Assembly: GCF_009914755.1 (NCBI RefSeq)
Contig: NC_060942.1
Strand: one strand, 5' to 3'
DNA length: 64,000 bases
DNA from: the human T2T-CHM13v2.0 reference genome, Homo sapiens
Under the pieces are notes generated by a model. It saw only the letters and a program-made list of their open reading frames with translations, did no database searches and was not told the DNA's origin. A program made the position numbers and the translations under genes. The first letter of the stretch is position 1; each line of letters starts with the position of its first letter. Shown piece by piece: positions 51,458 to 64,000 of the stretch.

Positions 51458-53445
51458 TCATAGTTCTTCCTCTTCAAATTTTTCTAACATATTTTTGCTT
51501 TGTTGTTCTTGGTCGCTTAAAAAGAGAAGTTTATCTGAATAAGGCAGAGGAGAATCAAGAGGAGTTTTGGTGAGAGCTTTTTCTATAGGCCTTTGTACTA
51601 ATCCGTGAATGCAGGGTATGATGCAGCAGCCTACAAGAATGAGTACACCTATAACAATTGCAAAGTGGGTAAAGATTGAGGCTATGGGTCCCTTCCATCT
51701 TCCAAACCATTTTTCCATGAGATCAGAAAAAGGGTCATTTACTCCAGAATTTTTGGCCAATTCATTTGCTAGGGTGGTAAGGCCCTGTAAGGCCTTTGTG
51801 ATTGTTCCATCAGGGGCTGTGTTGTTAGGGATAAAAGTACAGCATTGGACTCCAATCATAACATGGACCCTGCCTTTCTCAGCTAATATCATGCCCAGAG
51901 CTATTCTATTTTTCCCAGGCCATTCGGCTGGTAGGGCCTAATTGTTCAGCTATCCCTTTAATGGCATCTCTAGTAAAATTAATAAACTACTGTTGATTAT
52001 AGTAAATGTAATTTATCCAGTCTACATTTTTGTTTACAGTTACCCACGAGAAGAATATAGATTTAAATCCTGCAGCTATTTGATTTCAAGCTTTAAATTC
52101 ATTTGGCACCCTTTGTGGAACTCCAGCGGCATCTATATAAATGTGAGGGTCAAAAGACCTGTGAGGGGCACTTCTTTTATTACAATTGTTCTCTTTGTTT
52201 TGTTGATGAAATGCTAGGGTGAAAGGGGTAGCCAGTTGGATTAGATGGCAAGTGCTGCTCCAGTTGGCAGAGTAGCCAGTAGTGGTCCACCTCAATACCA
52301 CCATACATCCACTTGGGGATGAACAAGGGCAGATTGATTCATTAGCTCTTGAAAAGGCTTGGATTCACTGCAACCCATTAGGCTTCCGAGGAATGCCAAA
52401 TTTTCCCCTCGTCATGAGAGACATGAGATAAAACTGACATCATTATCCAGAGGCCTGGTAGCCCTTGGGGGCTGACCCACAGGGCCTTCAACTTCTGGGA
52501 GTTGCAGTGAGTTTGGCATGCCTTATTGCCCCAAGCTGTGGGATCTTGGAAGAGAGCTACCATGTAGTGCATACCTTGTTAGTCAGAGGACTATTCAAGT
52601 AGAAAGGGAATGATTTCGGTCTCTGGCCTGCCCGTTGCACAAGCGTAACAATTGCTTCTGTTTAGTGTGTGAACAGAATATTTAATCCATTCCAGCCAGG
52701 CATTTGCATCCTTATACCCTGTTTCAATAGCTAGAGTTTTTTTTTTTTTAAACTTTAACTTCTACAATGGTGTCTTTGGTGTTGCTATTGGGTAGGAAGA
52801 GATCAGAAGGTTTGAAAGGAGAGAGAAGAGAAGATTTAGAAGGAGAAGGAGGGGATGGGGGTGGGTGGATGAGGCACACTTCAAATTAGCCTATAGGGTC
52901 CACCCCTGCAGCTTCTACTCCCATACCGTAAAAACGACTTTATGAAGAGGAGGAATCTTGGGAAGTTGAGATAGTAATGGAAATTTGTACTGGATTACAT
53001 TGGTTTAGTTGACAATTGTGGGGGTTAATTCCTTTAGTGAAGTGAATATGTGGCTTTAGGGATATACACCTACTGGCTGAGGTGGTCCAATCTTGATTTT
53101 TGGAAGTCACTGGACCAGCAACAGCAGAGAAGCTCTTTTCTAGTAGTGCAGGATTCAACAGAATATTTTTCAGAATTGTCTCAATCATCCCAATTAAGAG
53201 AATTTGCCTCATCTGAGGGGCCCCAAGCAGGGCAGATACACTTTTCTGAAGTAAAGATTTGCCTTTGACCTTGCAAATTACCATAGGGTATAATAAGACA
53301 GGCGTCAGAAGTAATGTTTGAGGTGAGCTTGACCTGGTTACATTAATAATGAGATGTGGGGTAGCTAAAGGAAAAAGAAGAGGAAAAAGGGACAGACAGA
53401 TTAGGAACTTCTTTTTAACATTATGGTTGTGGGAATTGGACCTTG
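51458..53445 (-). pseudogene. env: HERV-IP env (signal peptide, SU, furin site, TM), frameshifted
   Basis: Hydrophobic signal FLICLSLFPLLFPLATP; xNKR/SAP cleavage site; TM ORF 51458-51892 MILAEKGRVHVMIGVQCCTFIPNNT..transmembrane helix. Confidence 0.92.
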
Positions 53446-53449
53446 GATG

Positions 53450-56400
53450 ACAGTCTGTGATTCTGGAGAGGGCGACACCTTCTTGACTTAGGTATGATGA
53501 GACCATCCTTTTTCAGCAGTCCAGGCAGCCATCTCAGTCATTAGGAGTACTAGATAAGGTCCTTCCCAAGTGGGTTTGAGTTTTCCCTCTTTCTATCTTT
53601 GACAAGGATGTGGTCTCCAGACTGGTGGTGGTGAACTGGAAATTCAAGGGGTGGGGTTTGTGCTAGAAGGCCTTGAGTCCTGAGGAAGGAAAAGGTGGAG
53701 GACAAACCTAATATATAGTTTTTTTAAGAAATTGATCTTTGTTTCAAATGTAGGAAGATCAGTAGCAGAGTTTAGGTAAGGCAATTCATAAAGCATCTCA
53801 TAAAGGGAGAGGCCAATGTCTATTTGAGAGGCTGTTCAGACTCTTAACAAGGCAATGGGAAGACATTTTGTCCAAGGCAGTGGGTTTCTAAAATTAGTTT
53901 AGTTAAATGATTCTTTAGAGTCTTATTCATCCTTTCTACCTTTCCTGATGAGGATGAGTGCCAGAGGTATGGTATTCCCAGTGCTTGGGTTCGCCCCTTA
54001 ATGATGTGTGCAGTGAAATGGGTCCCATTATCCAAATCAATGGTATTTATTAGTCCAAACCTGGATATGATATGTCCCAACAGAGCTTTTACTACATTAT
54101 TGGCTGTTGTGCTTGGGAAGGGGATGGCTTCTACCCAGTGCATGAGATGGCCTACTATTACTAGTAAATACTTGAGGTGGCCTTCTGGGGGCATCTCAGT
54201 ATAGTCAACTTGGATGCTTTGGAATGGCCTTAACCCTGGGTTTCTTCCCCCGGGAGGTTGCCTTTTTAGGGTTTGCTTATTAGTTTTTCTGCACACTATG
54301 CAACTGTCTATTATTTGCCTAGTGTGGGTGCATATTCCTATGTACCCATAGACTCTAAGGACTGCATCACACATAGCTTGAGGACCCCACTGAGATCCTT
54401 GATGAAGTTGTGACAATATTTTCCTCATAAGAGGCTTGGATAACATTTCCTTTCCATCTGGTAGTACCCACTTTCCTTCTGGGTTTTCCTTAGTTTCCAA
54501 TTTCTTTAGCTTTTCCTGGTCTGCTTGGGAAAAGATGGGGAGTGCGGTTGGAGAGGGAAAACAAGGGGTTAAATGAAAAATAGGTGCAGCTTGGGAAGAG
54601 GCATTTTTTTTTTTTTTTTTTTTTTGGCTATTTGGTTGGCTAGATTATTTCCCTGACTTTCAAATAAGAAGTTCTTTTGGTGTCCTGGGACATGAACAAC
54701 AGCTATTTCCTCAGATTGCTGAAGATTATATAATACTTGTATTTTTAATTCTTTGTGGACTAGGTTTTGACCTTTACTGTTAATAAGGCCTTGTTCAGTC
54801 CAGATTTTTCCAAAGGTATGTACCATCTAAAGGCATATTTCGAGTCAGTATAAATTGTTCCCTCCTGATTTTGTAAAATTTTTAAGGCTTGATTTAGGGC
54901 AAATAGCTTGCACATCTGTGCAGAACAGTCATTTGGTAATCTTCCTGATTCTATTTCTGTGAGGGTATCTCCAACTACAGAGTATCTGTTATGCCTTTTT
55001 CCTTCTATTACCTGGGAGGAACCATCTATAAAAAGATGTTTCCCTGTTTGGAAAGGAGTTTCACATAAACCTAGTCTAACCTTGGTTTGGTAACTAGCTA
55101 GGTCTAAACATTTATGCTCAAGTTCCTTTTGGGTGTGGGTTCCCTGTTACATTTTGGTTTGGATTCCCAGTTAGGAAAGCAGCTGGATTTAGAGAATTGT
55201 CAGTGGCTAGTGTCAGGTCATCTCTCTCTAACAGGATAGTTTCATATTTTAAAACTCTTGAGTTGGTGAGGCACTTTTCTGCCTTTTGACTGAGGATAGT
55301 TCTGACTTGGTGAGGTGTGCTAACAATGAGGTTTTCCCCAAAGGTTAATTTTCTGCTTTCCTCCACGAGCAAAGCTGTTGATGCTACAGACTGGACACAT
55401 TCAGGCCATCCACGGGTTACTGGGTCCAGAATTTTTGACAAGAAGGCTACGGGCTGCTGGTAGTCCCCATGTCCTTGGGTGAGTACCCCTAAAGCCACTC
55501 TCTGGTTTACAGTCATGAAAAAATGAAATGGCTGTTCTAGAGAGGGTAAGGCTAGAACAGGGGCAGTTATTAGTAAATGTTTTAACTTTTCTACCTGTTG
55601 CATTTCTGGGATGGTCCATATAAATGGGTCTGGCTCCTGCTGGGTAAGCTTTTGATATAAAGGTTTTGTTTCTAAGGCATAAGAGGTGATCCACAGGTGA
55701 TGGTATCCAACTAAGCCTAAGAACTTTGTAAGTTCCTGTTTTGTTTCTGGCAGAGGTAGGGATATGATATCTTCCATTCATTCAAACCCAATCATTTGCT
55801 TGCCTTTGCTGATTAAAATTTCTAGGTACTTTAATTCAGGCTCTACAAACTGGAGTTTACTTTTTGAGACTCTTAGCCCCTGTGCTCTCAGATAATTTAG
55901 AAAATTAATTGAAAATGCCGTTACCCATTTTTTTGTTGTCCCTTGAGATAAGCAGGTCATCCACATACTGGAGTAGACATATGGATGAAGGGAGGGAGAA
56001 ATTTTCTAATACTTGTTTCAAAATTTGACTGAAAAATTTGGAGAGTCTGTAACCCTTGGAGTAAAACTGTCCATCAGTACTGTTGTTTTAGGCCAGAGTT
56101 GGGGTCATCCCACTCAATGGCAAACAAGTCCAGATGTCTTTTGCTCAGGGCAAGCCCAGAAGGAATCTTTTAGATCTATTACTGTGAACTATTCATGGTC
56201 AGGTGGAATTTTGCTAATAATGATGTAACAATTGGGGATAACAGAGTGAGTGGTTTGAACTATTTGATTAACAGCCTGGAGGTCTTGCACTAGCCAGTAT
56301 GACCCATCTGGCTTCTTTACAGGCAATAATGGAGTATTGTAAGGGAATATACAGGGTTCAAGGAGTCCATTGTGAACAAGGCTTTCAATTATAGGTTTTA

Positions 56401-56590
56401 AACCTATTCTGGCTTAGAGGAATAGAGTATTGTTTTCTTTTTACTATCTCCCCAGGAATCTTTAATTTGACCTTAATTGGAAGAACTTGCAATTTTCCCA
56501 GATTTCCTTCTCTTGACAAAATATCTGGATGAATATACTCTTCATCTATGGTGGTGAGTAGGTTGAGGGAGGTAAGAAATTTTCTGTCCA
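53450..56590 (-). pseudogene. pol: HERV-IP pol (RT, RNase H, integrase), disrupted
   Basis: LLQYVDDLL (YVDD at 55956-55967), FLGLVGY, APVLALP, VHVPGHQ, integrase IQVDYTEMP..DNGTHF..SSGKVERMN. Confidence 0.95.
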
Positions 56591-56599
56591 AGTGCAGGT

Positions 56600-57099
56600 T
56601 ACTTTTGGCTACACCAAACCCTTGTTTCCAACAAATTTGGGGGCTCCTCCATGGACATGGATGAAGGAAGGTGGTCTAAAGGACACCACATGCTAGTGGA
56701 CGGTTTGGAGTTAGGAATTTCAATTTCCTGAGGGGAAGTATTTCCCTGCTTGTCTTCTGTAGTTTTTAGGGGATAGAGGAGGACAGCCTCCTGCTGCTAA
56801 CACAGGGCGTAGTTTATTTCCTTCTTAGAGACAGGATTTTTGTTATTGACATATTCTATTAAAAGTTAACAGTTCCAATCCTCACTAGACCCAAACTTTG
56901 GCCAGAAACCTGAGGGTTCAAGGATAGGTTCTTTGGCACAAATAAAACAGCAATATTTTATAATTTGTTGCTTTTTCTTGTGTTTGGTTCTCTCATTATC
57001 CTTCCAATATTTTAATGTGAGAACTAGAGGGCTATCTGAGGGGATTATATTGTCTGCATTTTCTTTTTTATCCCCCATCTTGCTTGAGCTATGTCCCAT
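56600..57099 (-). pseudogene. gag: HERV-IP gag, matrix region only
   Basis: MGHSSSK myristoylation-type start, SPL..LKYW, CC..WPKFGS matrix motifs; capsid, NC and protease absent. Confidence 0.85.
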
Positions 57100-57907
57100 C
57101 CTGGAAGTTTTGGGTGTTCCTGAGTTTCCCTGTCAGTGGAGCTCACACCCTCCTAACAGAGATTTCTTGTACCCCTTCTCTAGAGGCTCAACCCCCACTA
57201 CTGGAGGTTTCTTGCACTTCTCAGCTTTCATTTTGTCCTTCTCTGGCCACTTCCCTTGTGGGAATTTAGGTCCCTCTTAGTATTGGCAGGTTAGCATAAA
57301 TCACTGACAGGCAAGCCACCCTAAACCACATGAGGTGACCATGGAACTGTGGATCTGGACTCTGTACTCGCTACACACTCAATTTTGCATCTGATTTACA
57401 CAGTTTCAAACTCCAAGATTTCCCAACCACCAAGGAAATACTTTACCACCTCTGCAGTTTTTCTTACCTTGGTCTGTGCACAGAATTACCTGGTCACTGC
57501 GGTATTTGTAGGCCTTCTCTTCCCCCTTCCCACGTTGCTGAGAGCTCGAGTTTATTTGTCACACGGGGTGGATTGCGATTCCTTAACCCTGAGGCCACCA
57601 CAACAAGGCAGCGAGATGTGTCTCCTCATGAGAGGTGATCGGAGACCCTTCCCAGAGAAGAATGGGAATCCCAGACGAGCCCCCAGATTGTTTGCAATAA
57701 GAGCTCAGAATAGCAAAGAAAATGAGCAATCAAACAAGACTTCTCAGCAAGGCAAATTTACTTCTGCCGAAGGGTGCTGCCTGCATCAGTCGTGACCACA
57801 AAGAGCGTACCAAGTGGGGTAGGGCAGGAGCTTTTATCCCTAACACAGTTCAGTTCCTGTTTCTGTGTCCTTTCCCCATTGGCTGGAGTTAGACCACACA
57901 ATCTAAA

Positions 57908-58017
57908 TGATTAGTTAATGGGTGCAGCAAACCAACATGGCACATGTATGCCAATGTAACAAACCTGCACGTTGTACACATGTATCCTAGAACTTAAAAT
58001 ATTTATTTAAAAATAAT
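57908..58017 (+). mobile_element. Short L1PA (young primate type) 3' terminus
   Basis: AGTTAATGGGTGCAGCAAACCAACATGGCACATGTAT..AACAAACCTGCACGTTGT..CCTAGAACTTAAA plus AT-rich tail. Confidence 0.92.
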
Positions 58018-58814
58018 TAGTATTTTGTCTTTAGCTCTTGAATTGTTTTACTGGCTTGCCTTGGATTCTTTGAATTTCAATTTTCTCCATCTCGATGAGC
58101 TTCCTTGCCATCTACATTCTGAATTCCGTTTCTGTCATTTCAGACAATTCAGACTAAGAACCATTGCTGGGGTGCCAGTAGGCTCGTTTGGGGATAAGGG
58201 GACATTCTGGTTTTTTGAACTGCCAGAGTTCTTGTCTGATTTTTTTTCTCATCTGGATTGTCTGATTTTTTTTTTTTTTCTCATCTGGAAGGGCTGTCAT
58301 TACTTTAATTGTGCTATAAGTTGAGTATGGTCCACTGGCTTTATTTTTGGAAGTTTTTAGAGTACTAAGGCTCTGTGCAGCATCTTTGTTATAGAATGGT
58401 TGTTCCCGGTGTTGCAAGGGGGTGAATCAGTAGAGCAATTTAGCACGTTGTAGTTTGGGATAGGAACCAGTAGAAGGCACTTGAGAGCAATGGGCAGTAG
58501 GTAAACTTAACCAAATGGTTCCTTTGTGTACCTTTGAGGCTTCCTCCCTCTTCAACCTCAGTGACTGCATCTTTTCTCCTTTCACATTCTGCATTTTCTC
58601 TCTGAAGATCTGTTCAGATTATGTTGGTATAGTTGAAATCACCACTTGCTGTGGCAGTAGCACTTCTTAGATGCATCTAGTCAGCTGTCTTGGAAAAAAA
58701 GGCGTTTTCATTTTAGATCATCAAAAATAACTTACTTGTTTTCAATAGCATAAATGCTGCTGTGCCAGTGAATAATAATGATAATAATAACAATAGTTTT
58801 AAAATACACATGAT

Positions 58815-59190
58815 TTAGATTCTGCCGATGAGATGCATCCCTGTGAGATGTAAAAATGATTCAGAGTTGGATTATTTGGGGGAATAAATGACAGATTTGA
58901 AGAGACCATCATTTTTGCTTCTGTGAATTGCCTCAGAGCCAACCTGGTTCTTTACCATGGCTTTCTAATTTGAAAGCGTCCTGAATATGATTGAGGTTGC
59001 AATTCTCTTGTGGAGCCAGTATTGCAATGTAGAATAGCGTTTTTTTTTTTTTTTTTTTTTTTTTTTTTCTGGAAGCTCAGCCTAGAATTAATGTATTTAG
59101 CCTTTCTCAATACTTCTGTACATTGTCTACAAAACTTTTTTCTTCTGTATTAACTAGTTATAGTAAATTTTCTTGTCAAGAACTCACACC
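58815..59190 (+). mobile_element. Ancient ERVL LTR remnant (LTR33-like) containing a poly(T) tract at about 59039-59068
   Basis: AGATTCTGCCGATGAGATGCA..GTGAGAT; TTTCTGGAAGCTCAGCCTAGA. Confidence 0.45.
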
Positions 59191-60074
59191 CACAAAGATT
59201 GTTTCCAGCTTCTTTCTTGTAACACCATCAGCTAGACTTCTCATGTTCTGTTCTCAAATTGAGGTATTAAACTACTCTTGATCCACCAAGATTTTCCACT
59301 TGTTTTAATTGCAAATTTATGTTAGTTCAACAAAAAGTATCAAATCTTACTCTGTTTTAAGCTCTGCTGGACCCAAAACATATAAAAATAAGTACAACAC
59401 GTTTCTTATATTCAAAAAGTTTTTGCTTATGAACAAAACACACATAAATTAAAAAATAAATTCGACAAATGTTTTTCCAGGATAATTTATTATATAATTA
59501 ATAATGCATAATTCTGGAAGAATGGATCCTCTTCCTTGAGCCCATGAAATGGTTGGTTGACTTGTACTTCTGCTGTAGTATTTATCACATATCTTTGTAC
59601 TTGAGTGTGTGTGCATGTCTGTGTGTAGCTCTGCATGTACATATTTTATGTTAGGTGTAAGCTCTCTGGAGCAAGTCTGATGTATTATTTATTTTCTTTT
59701 CCACTACTACCATTAGTACATAGCTGGTAGACATAAATTGTTATTGAATGAAAGAAGGTCCAAAATAGGCAATGTGTATCAGAAGTAATCTTAGGATTCT
59801 AGAGAAAAATTAGGCAGAAGTATATCTGTCTTTTATGGAATTCTTCCCTTAATCAAGCTTCCCACACTCTGCAATATATTAACTAAAATTAAGAGGTAAT
59901 TTATTGTTGTTGCTCTTGTTACTGCTATACAGGTACAGTACTAATGAGCAAGACTGTCCTATATTCAGAGAGCTTGTGGAATTAACACTTTCTGCCTCTG
60001 TTTATTTCCCATGCCTTGCCTTCGATTTTGCCTGCCTTAATTGTGTTGTGTAGGAATAATGAGATTTTCAAAAC

Positions 60075-60245
60075 CAGTTTTCTCATACACTAGAGCTGGG
60101 CAGCTGTTAAAATTCGTGATGCCTAGGCCAATATACTAGACCAATTAAATGCAGAGCTTTGGGGGTAAAGTCCTAGGCATAGGTATTTTGTTAAACTCCC
60201 TGGGAATCCCAACGTACAGTCAAAGCTGAAAATATTCCTCTAAAG
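60075..60245. mobile_element. MER5-like hAT DNA transposon remnant
   Basis: CAGTTTTCTCA..GACCAATTAAAT..AGGCATAGGTATTTT..CTCCC..CAAAGCTGAAAA. Confidence 0.6.
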
Positions 60246-61428
60246 ATGAAATATACTCTAATCAAATCTATCTCTATGAAAGTCTTAAGGTAAAAAGCTG
60301 CTCAGCTTTGCTGTTATTGAATCTATCTGAAAGAGTTTGCAATGTGACTAAATGAATAAGACGTCTTTAAAGTATCCCCAAAGTGAAGAACTTAACTCCT
60401 AGTCATAATATATTATGCTAATCATAGGCTTTTAGTAATAAAAATTATTCTAGTCTGACCTATTCTAGTCTCTCTACTACACTAAATCAAGGATATGTAT
60501 TGTTCAATTGATCACTATTTTAGATTTTATGAAAATTAAATTTCCCAGCTAAGACAAATGTTTAATTTATTCCAAGTAGGAACATAATCAGTTCTTTTAA
60601 TAAAAATGAAATATATCGACAACTAAACAGAAACTTTCTCCTCTTTTAAATTTCTTTTCCTCAATTAGAGTAATGTGTTTCTTCTCACTGAGGAAGCACA
60701 CATTTTTAATCAAGCTAATTAGAAGTATAATAAATCTAACTCATGATTAAATATGTTCCCCCATGTGCATCCATATGATCAAATTTATATACAGTTACAA
60801 GCCAACAACTAGGAGATTGAGGCATAGGCAGGTGTCTGGCTGTGAATTCTGGTACATCTTCTTAAGCCTTAATATTTTTCCTGTTCCATAGACATTTTCC
60901 AAACAGTTATTCCTTCTTTTTAACAAATCATTCCAAGGAAGGAGAAAACCTGTAAAATCTTTTAATAAAATTTTCTGCTCTACCACCACATTTTTATTAC
61001 ATTTTTTACACCCAATTTGATTTTTAGACTCTTTTCTCCCACTTATTTCTGTCTTGTGTTTTTTTTACTTCCTCTGAATTTGCTGATTTCATTCATTTCT
61101 CAAACTCCCAAGGTTATAAGAACAAAGCCAAAAATGCTGGAAAGAGTTCTGGGTGTGTTCTGCTCTGGCCTCCTGTGAACTAATCATGAAAGTGAGTTTA
61201 CTTCCTATGCATCTGGAAAGGCAGGCTGGATTGGTTCATAAATTTTCAGATAGTCCAAATTTAATCCAGTCTGGTTTTTTTTTTTTTTCCCATGCAGTGG
61301 TTGTAAAATGTATGTGTAAGTAAAAACCAGAGCAAATGTTCATCAAAAATGGAATCTAGAAGAGGGGAAAATGTCATTTTAATAGCCAAGTGATTTCAGG
61401 CAAATTAACGTTTATGTGTCGTGATTCC

Positions 61429-61797
61429 TGATATGGTTTGGCTCTGTATCTCCACCCAAATCTCATCTCGAATCGTAATCCCCATGTGTCAGGAGAGGGA
61501 CCTGGTAGGAGGTGATTGAATCTTGGGGGTTGCCTTCCTCATTGCTGTTCCTGTGATAGTAAGTTCCCACAAGAGAATTGATTGGTAGAAAGGGTGTGGC
61601 ACTTTCCCCTTCACTTGTTTTCTCTTCCCTGCCACCTGTAAGACTAAGCCTTGCTTCCCCTTCCCCTTCCTCCATGATTGTAAGTTTCCTGAGGCCTCCC
61701 CAGCCATGTGGAACTGTGAGTCAGTTAAACCTCTTTTCTTCATAAATTACCCAGTCTCAGGTAGTTTTTTGTAGCAGTGTGGAAAAGGACTAATATT
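61429..61797 (+). mobile_element. MaLR solo LTR, THE1D-like, inserted in a MIR
   Basis: TGATATGGTTTGGCTCTG...CATGATTGTAAGTTTCCTGAGGCCTCCCCAGCC...GGACTAATA; TSD ATTCC/ATTTC (4/5). Confidence 0.9.
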
Positions 61798-62638
61798 ATT
61801 TCTAAATATTTAATATGGGAATAAAAATATGTTTTCTTTCAGGTGTATTATAAAGATTGTAGATAAGTTATATAAAGTACCAGAAAAATGTCTGGCACGT
61901 GTAGACCCTCCTCAAAATATGTTATTTATCATTTTTGTGTTGTTATTAAGATTGCTAGGATAAAATGCATGATTGCATGATCAGAATAAACTCTTCTTTT
62001 ATAGTATGAGGATAAAAGTATCTACTTCTGCAGTTTTGTTATGTGGAACAAATTAACTAACGTAAATGAGAACAAGTTGCAACATGTAAGTCTAAGTGAA
62101 TGTCAACTATTATTTGTAGCTTAGATTATAGTATTTTAGACTAAACAAAATTGTCTTCATTTTTTTAAAGCAATTTTACTGATTAAACTCCTGGAAAACA
62201 TACGAAGATTTTGACTAAATTAAAGCTATAAAATTGAACAGGTACAATTCCCATAAGGGAATTTATTTCATAAAGCTTCTAGAGGAATGCCAACTATTAA
62301 GGCCCTGGAGGGAACATTGGAAATGTATCCAGCTTCCAATTTCATAAGGTCCGTTTCCTCCCTGAAAGTCCAATAAAGCACTAGAAATCCTGAAGCCAAC
62401 ATAGGTTTGTTTTTTCAATTAAAGGTTCTGGTGTTTTTATTCTCACCCCCTCAGGTTATCTCATTTCATCCTCTCTGAAAAAAAAAAAATCCCCTTTGGA
62501 TTAAATTTCTAATGCTGACATTTTGATGTCAATCCATGTTATATTGGCCACTTATTGAATCCTGTCATTATTGGAGATTAAATGACTTTTAAACTTCAAC
62601 TGAATTCAAAAAGAACTATAACTAGAATTGTTGGAAAT

Positions 62639-62827
62639 TGTGAAAGTTGTCAGAATCAAATTTGTCACTTGTGTTAAAAAAAAAAACTAAACTAACAAAT
62701 AGAGCTGGAGAAGGCTATGAAGAGAGAATTCTCATTTATAAATGCTTGGCAAAAATATTGTCATAGGAGACTGCAAAAACCACGAGCTTGCACAAAGGCC
62801 ATTGCAATCTTACACAAAAAATACTTC
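62639..62827 (+). mobile_element. 5' part of an ERV1 LTR, MER65-like
   Basis: TGTGAAAGTTGTCAGAATCAAA..CTGCAAAAACCAC..TTGCACAAAGGCCA..TTACACAAAAAATACTTC, then abrupt end. Confidence 0.7.
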
Positions 62828-63229
62828 TTCCTTGTGCGTCACCACTGCAACGTTCTATTTCCAAATAAATATAATTTTCTATTAAGAGAGCCTCTATCTG
62901 TTTGTAATTTAGGTTGACAAGATTGATTCCTATTTGCATTCTTTTGCTGAAGATAACAGACTCCAAATCTGATGATAATCAATCTGTGTTCTTTATAAGT
63001 GATTTATGAGTTGAGTTAATAAAAAGCTATATTTTAATATGCACATTTTATTGCAAATGCTATCAATGTTTATTACAAAGATAAAAAAAGAAAATTACCT
63101 ATAGTCAAACTATCTTGAGATAACCATTTGCAAAATACTATTTACCATCTTATGTATAATGTTTTAAACAAAAATATAATCAGTATAATTATCTTGTTTT
63201 TTGTAAATTGATTGTTAAAATGTAATACA

Positions 63230-63960
63230 TGTTTCGATGAAATTAAATGCAATACTAACATTTCATTATATTTGTTTCCAAATATTGGCTACTTAGAATG
63301 TTTTAGAAGTTTCTTTTTAAGCATGCTATGCTGGGCAAAGATGTATATTAATCTCTATGTCCTTAAGACTGATTTCCTGGAAGTGGAATTGCTACACCAA
63401 AAAATAAACGTAGTTTTAGAGATTTTGATGCAGATTACCAAATTGGCCTTCAGGTATTTTTTAATTTAATTATTTTACCAATGTCTCATACCTATAGTAG
63501 TTTGAGCTCATGACCATTTCTCTTTGACATAGCAACACTAGAATTGTCATTACTTCTAATCTTCTATAAAACACAGTGACATTGCTTTTACATATGTTTC
63601 TTTGATAAACGGCATGGTTCAGCATTGTTTTACGAGTTTATTGCTTTTGTTTTTGTACTTTTGTGAATTATCACTTAGAGCTTTTCCTTACATGATCATT
63701 TTAGGGTGTTGTGCTTTCTTATTAATATTTAAGTAATTTATTTTGATGGGTGCTGCTCCTTGGTATGAACAATATAGTGCAGTCATTTCGTCAGTTTATT
63801 TGCCTTTAACATGACTTAAGGTGTTTTAGACACACAGATAACTTATAATTGTAGGCAATAAATATATAACCATTGTCTTATTTATATCTTTTATATCAGA
63901 AAGAAACTCTCTACCGCAAAATATATATAATCAATTTCCCTTTGTGTTTTTATAATCATA
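63230..63960 (-). mobile_element. Ancient L1ME fragment
   Basis: GATTTCCTGGAAGTGGAATTGCT..CAAATTGGCCTTCA..CAACACTAG antisense L1 3' motifs. Confidence 0.55.
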
Positions 63961-64000
63961 AATAATTATAAATAATGACACAAATAATACGAGAAAATAT

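Larger units (their letters stand above)
51000..57907 (-). mobile_element. HERV-IP (HERVIP10/LTR10-type) provirus
   Basis: 3' LTR 51000-51440 next to PPT AAGAGGGGGAAAT; partial 5' LTR 57689-57907; PBS TGGGGGCTCGTCTGGGAT (57668-57685, minus) is 17/18 to tRNA-Pro. Confidence 0.92.
46706..58692 (-). mobile_element. L1PA15/16-like element, long but internally deleted, split by the HERV-IP provirus
   Basis: T-rich tail and 3'UTR near 46710-46900; ORF2 remnants (47317-47529, 48189-48500, endonuclease piece 50156-50512); ORF1 up to 50999, resuming near 58020; 5'-end-like motif near 58675-58692. Confidence 0.9.

Noticed and set aside
57668-57685. tRNA-like sequence (also at 25017, 27842 and 37244)
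   Set aside because: These are only 15-18-nt primer-binding sites, not tRNA genes.
57349-57795. 148-aa plus-strand ORF
   Set aside because: It is antisense to the HERV-IP leader and LTR, with a non-ATG start and no domain.

Overview
Non-coding, AT-rich primate genomic DNA (AluY, L1PA and THE1 elements point to a catarrhine, probably human). It is made mostly of decayed transposable elements. I find no credible host protein-coding exon, RNA gene, CRISPR array or prokaryote-type system. Every long ORF is a retroelement remnant or a microsatellite artefact. The main structure is an ERV-dense block at about 21.2-57.9 kb. It holds two HERV-S/HERVL18 remnants (tRNA-Ser PBS), a near-complete HERV-L (tRNA-Leu PBS; gag-pro-pol-dUTPase) and a HERV-IP/LTR10 provirus (tRNA-Pro PBS; gag-pol-env) nested in an old L1PA. 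Solo LTRs, many with readable target-site duplications (TSDs), are scattered across the window. The most unusual items are a perfect 13-bp palindrome built from two C/EBP-ATF4 response elements, an L1-associated deletion of a proviral 5' LTR, a terminus-less LTR fragment flanked by a 5-bp direct repeat, and a CpG-rich 3'-truncated Alu. Subfamily names come from my recall of consensus sequences and need RepeatMasker/Dfam confirmation. I cannot support a claim of a new biological system.
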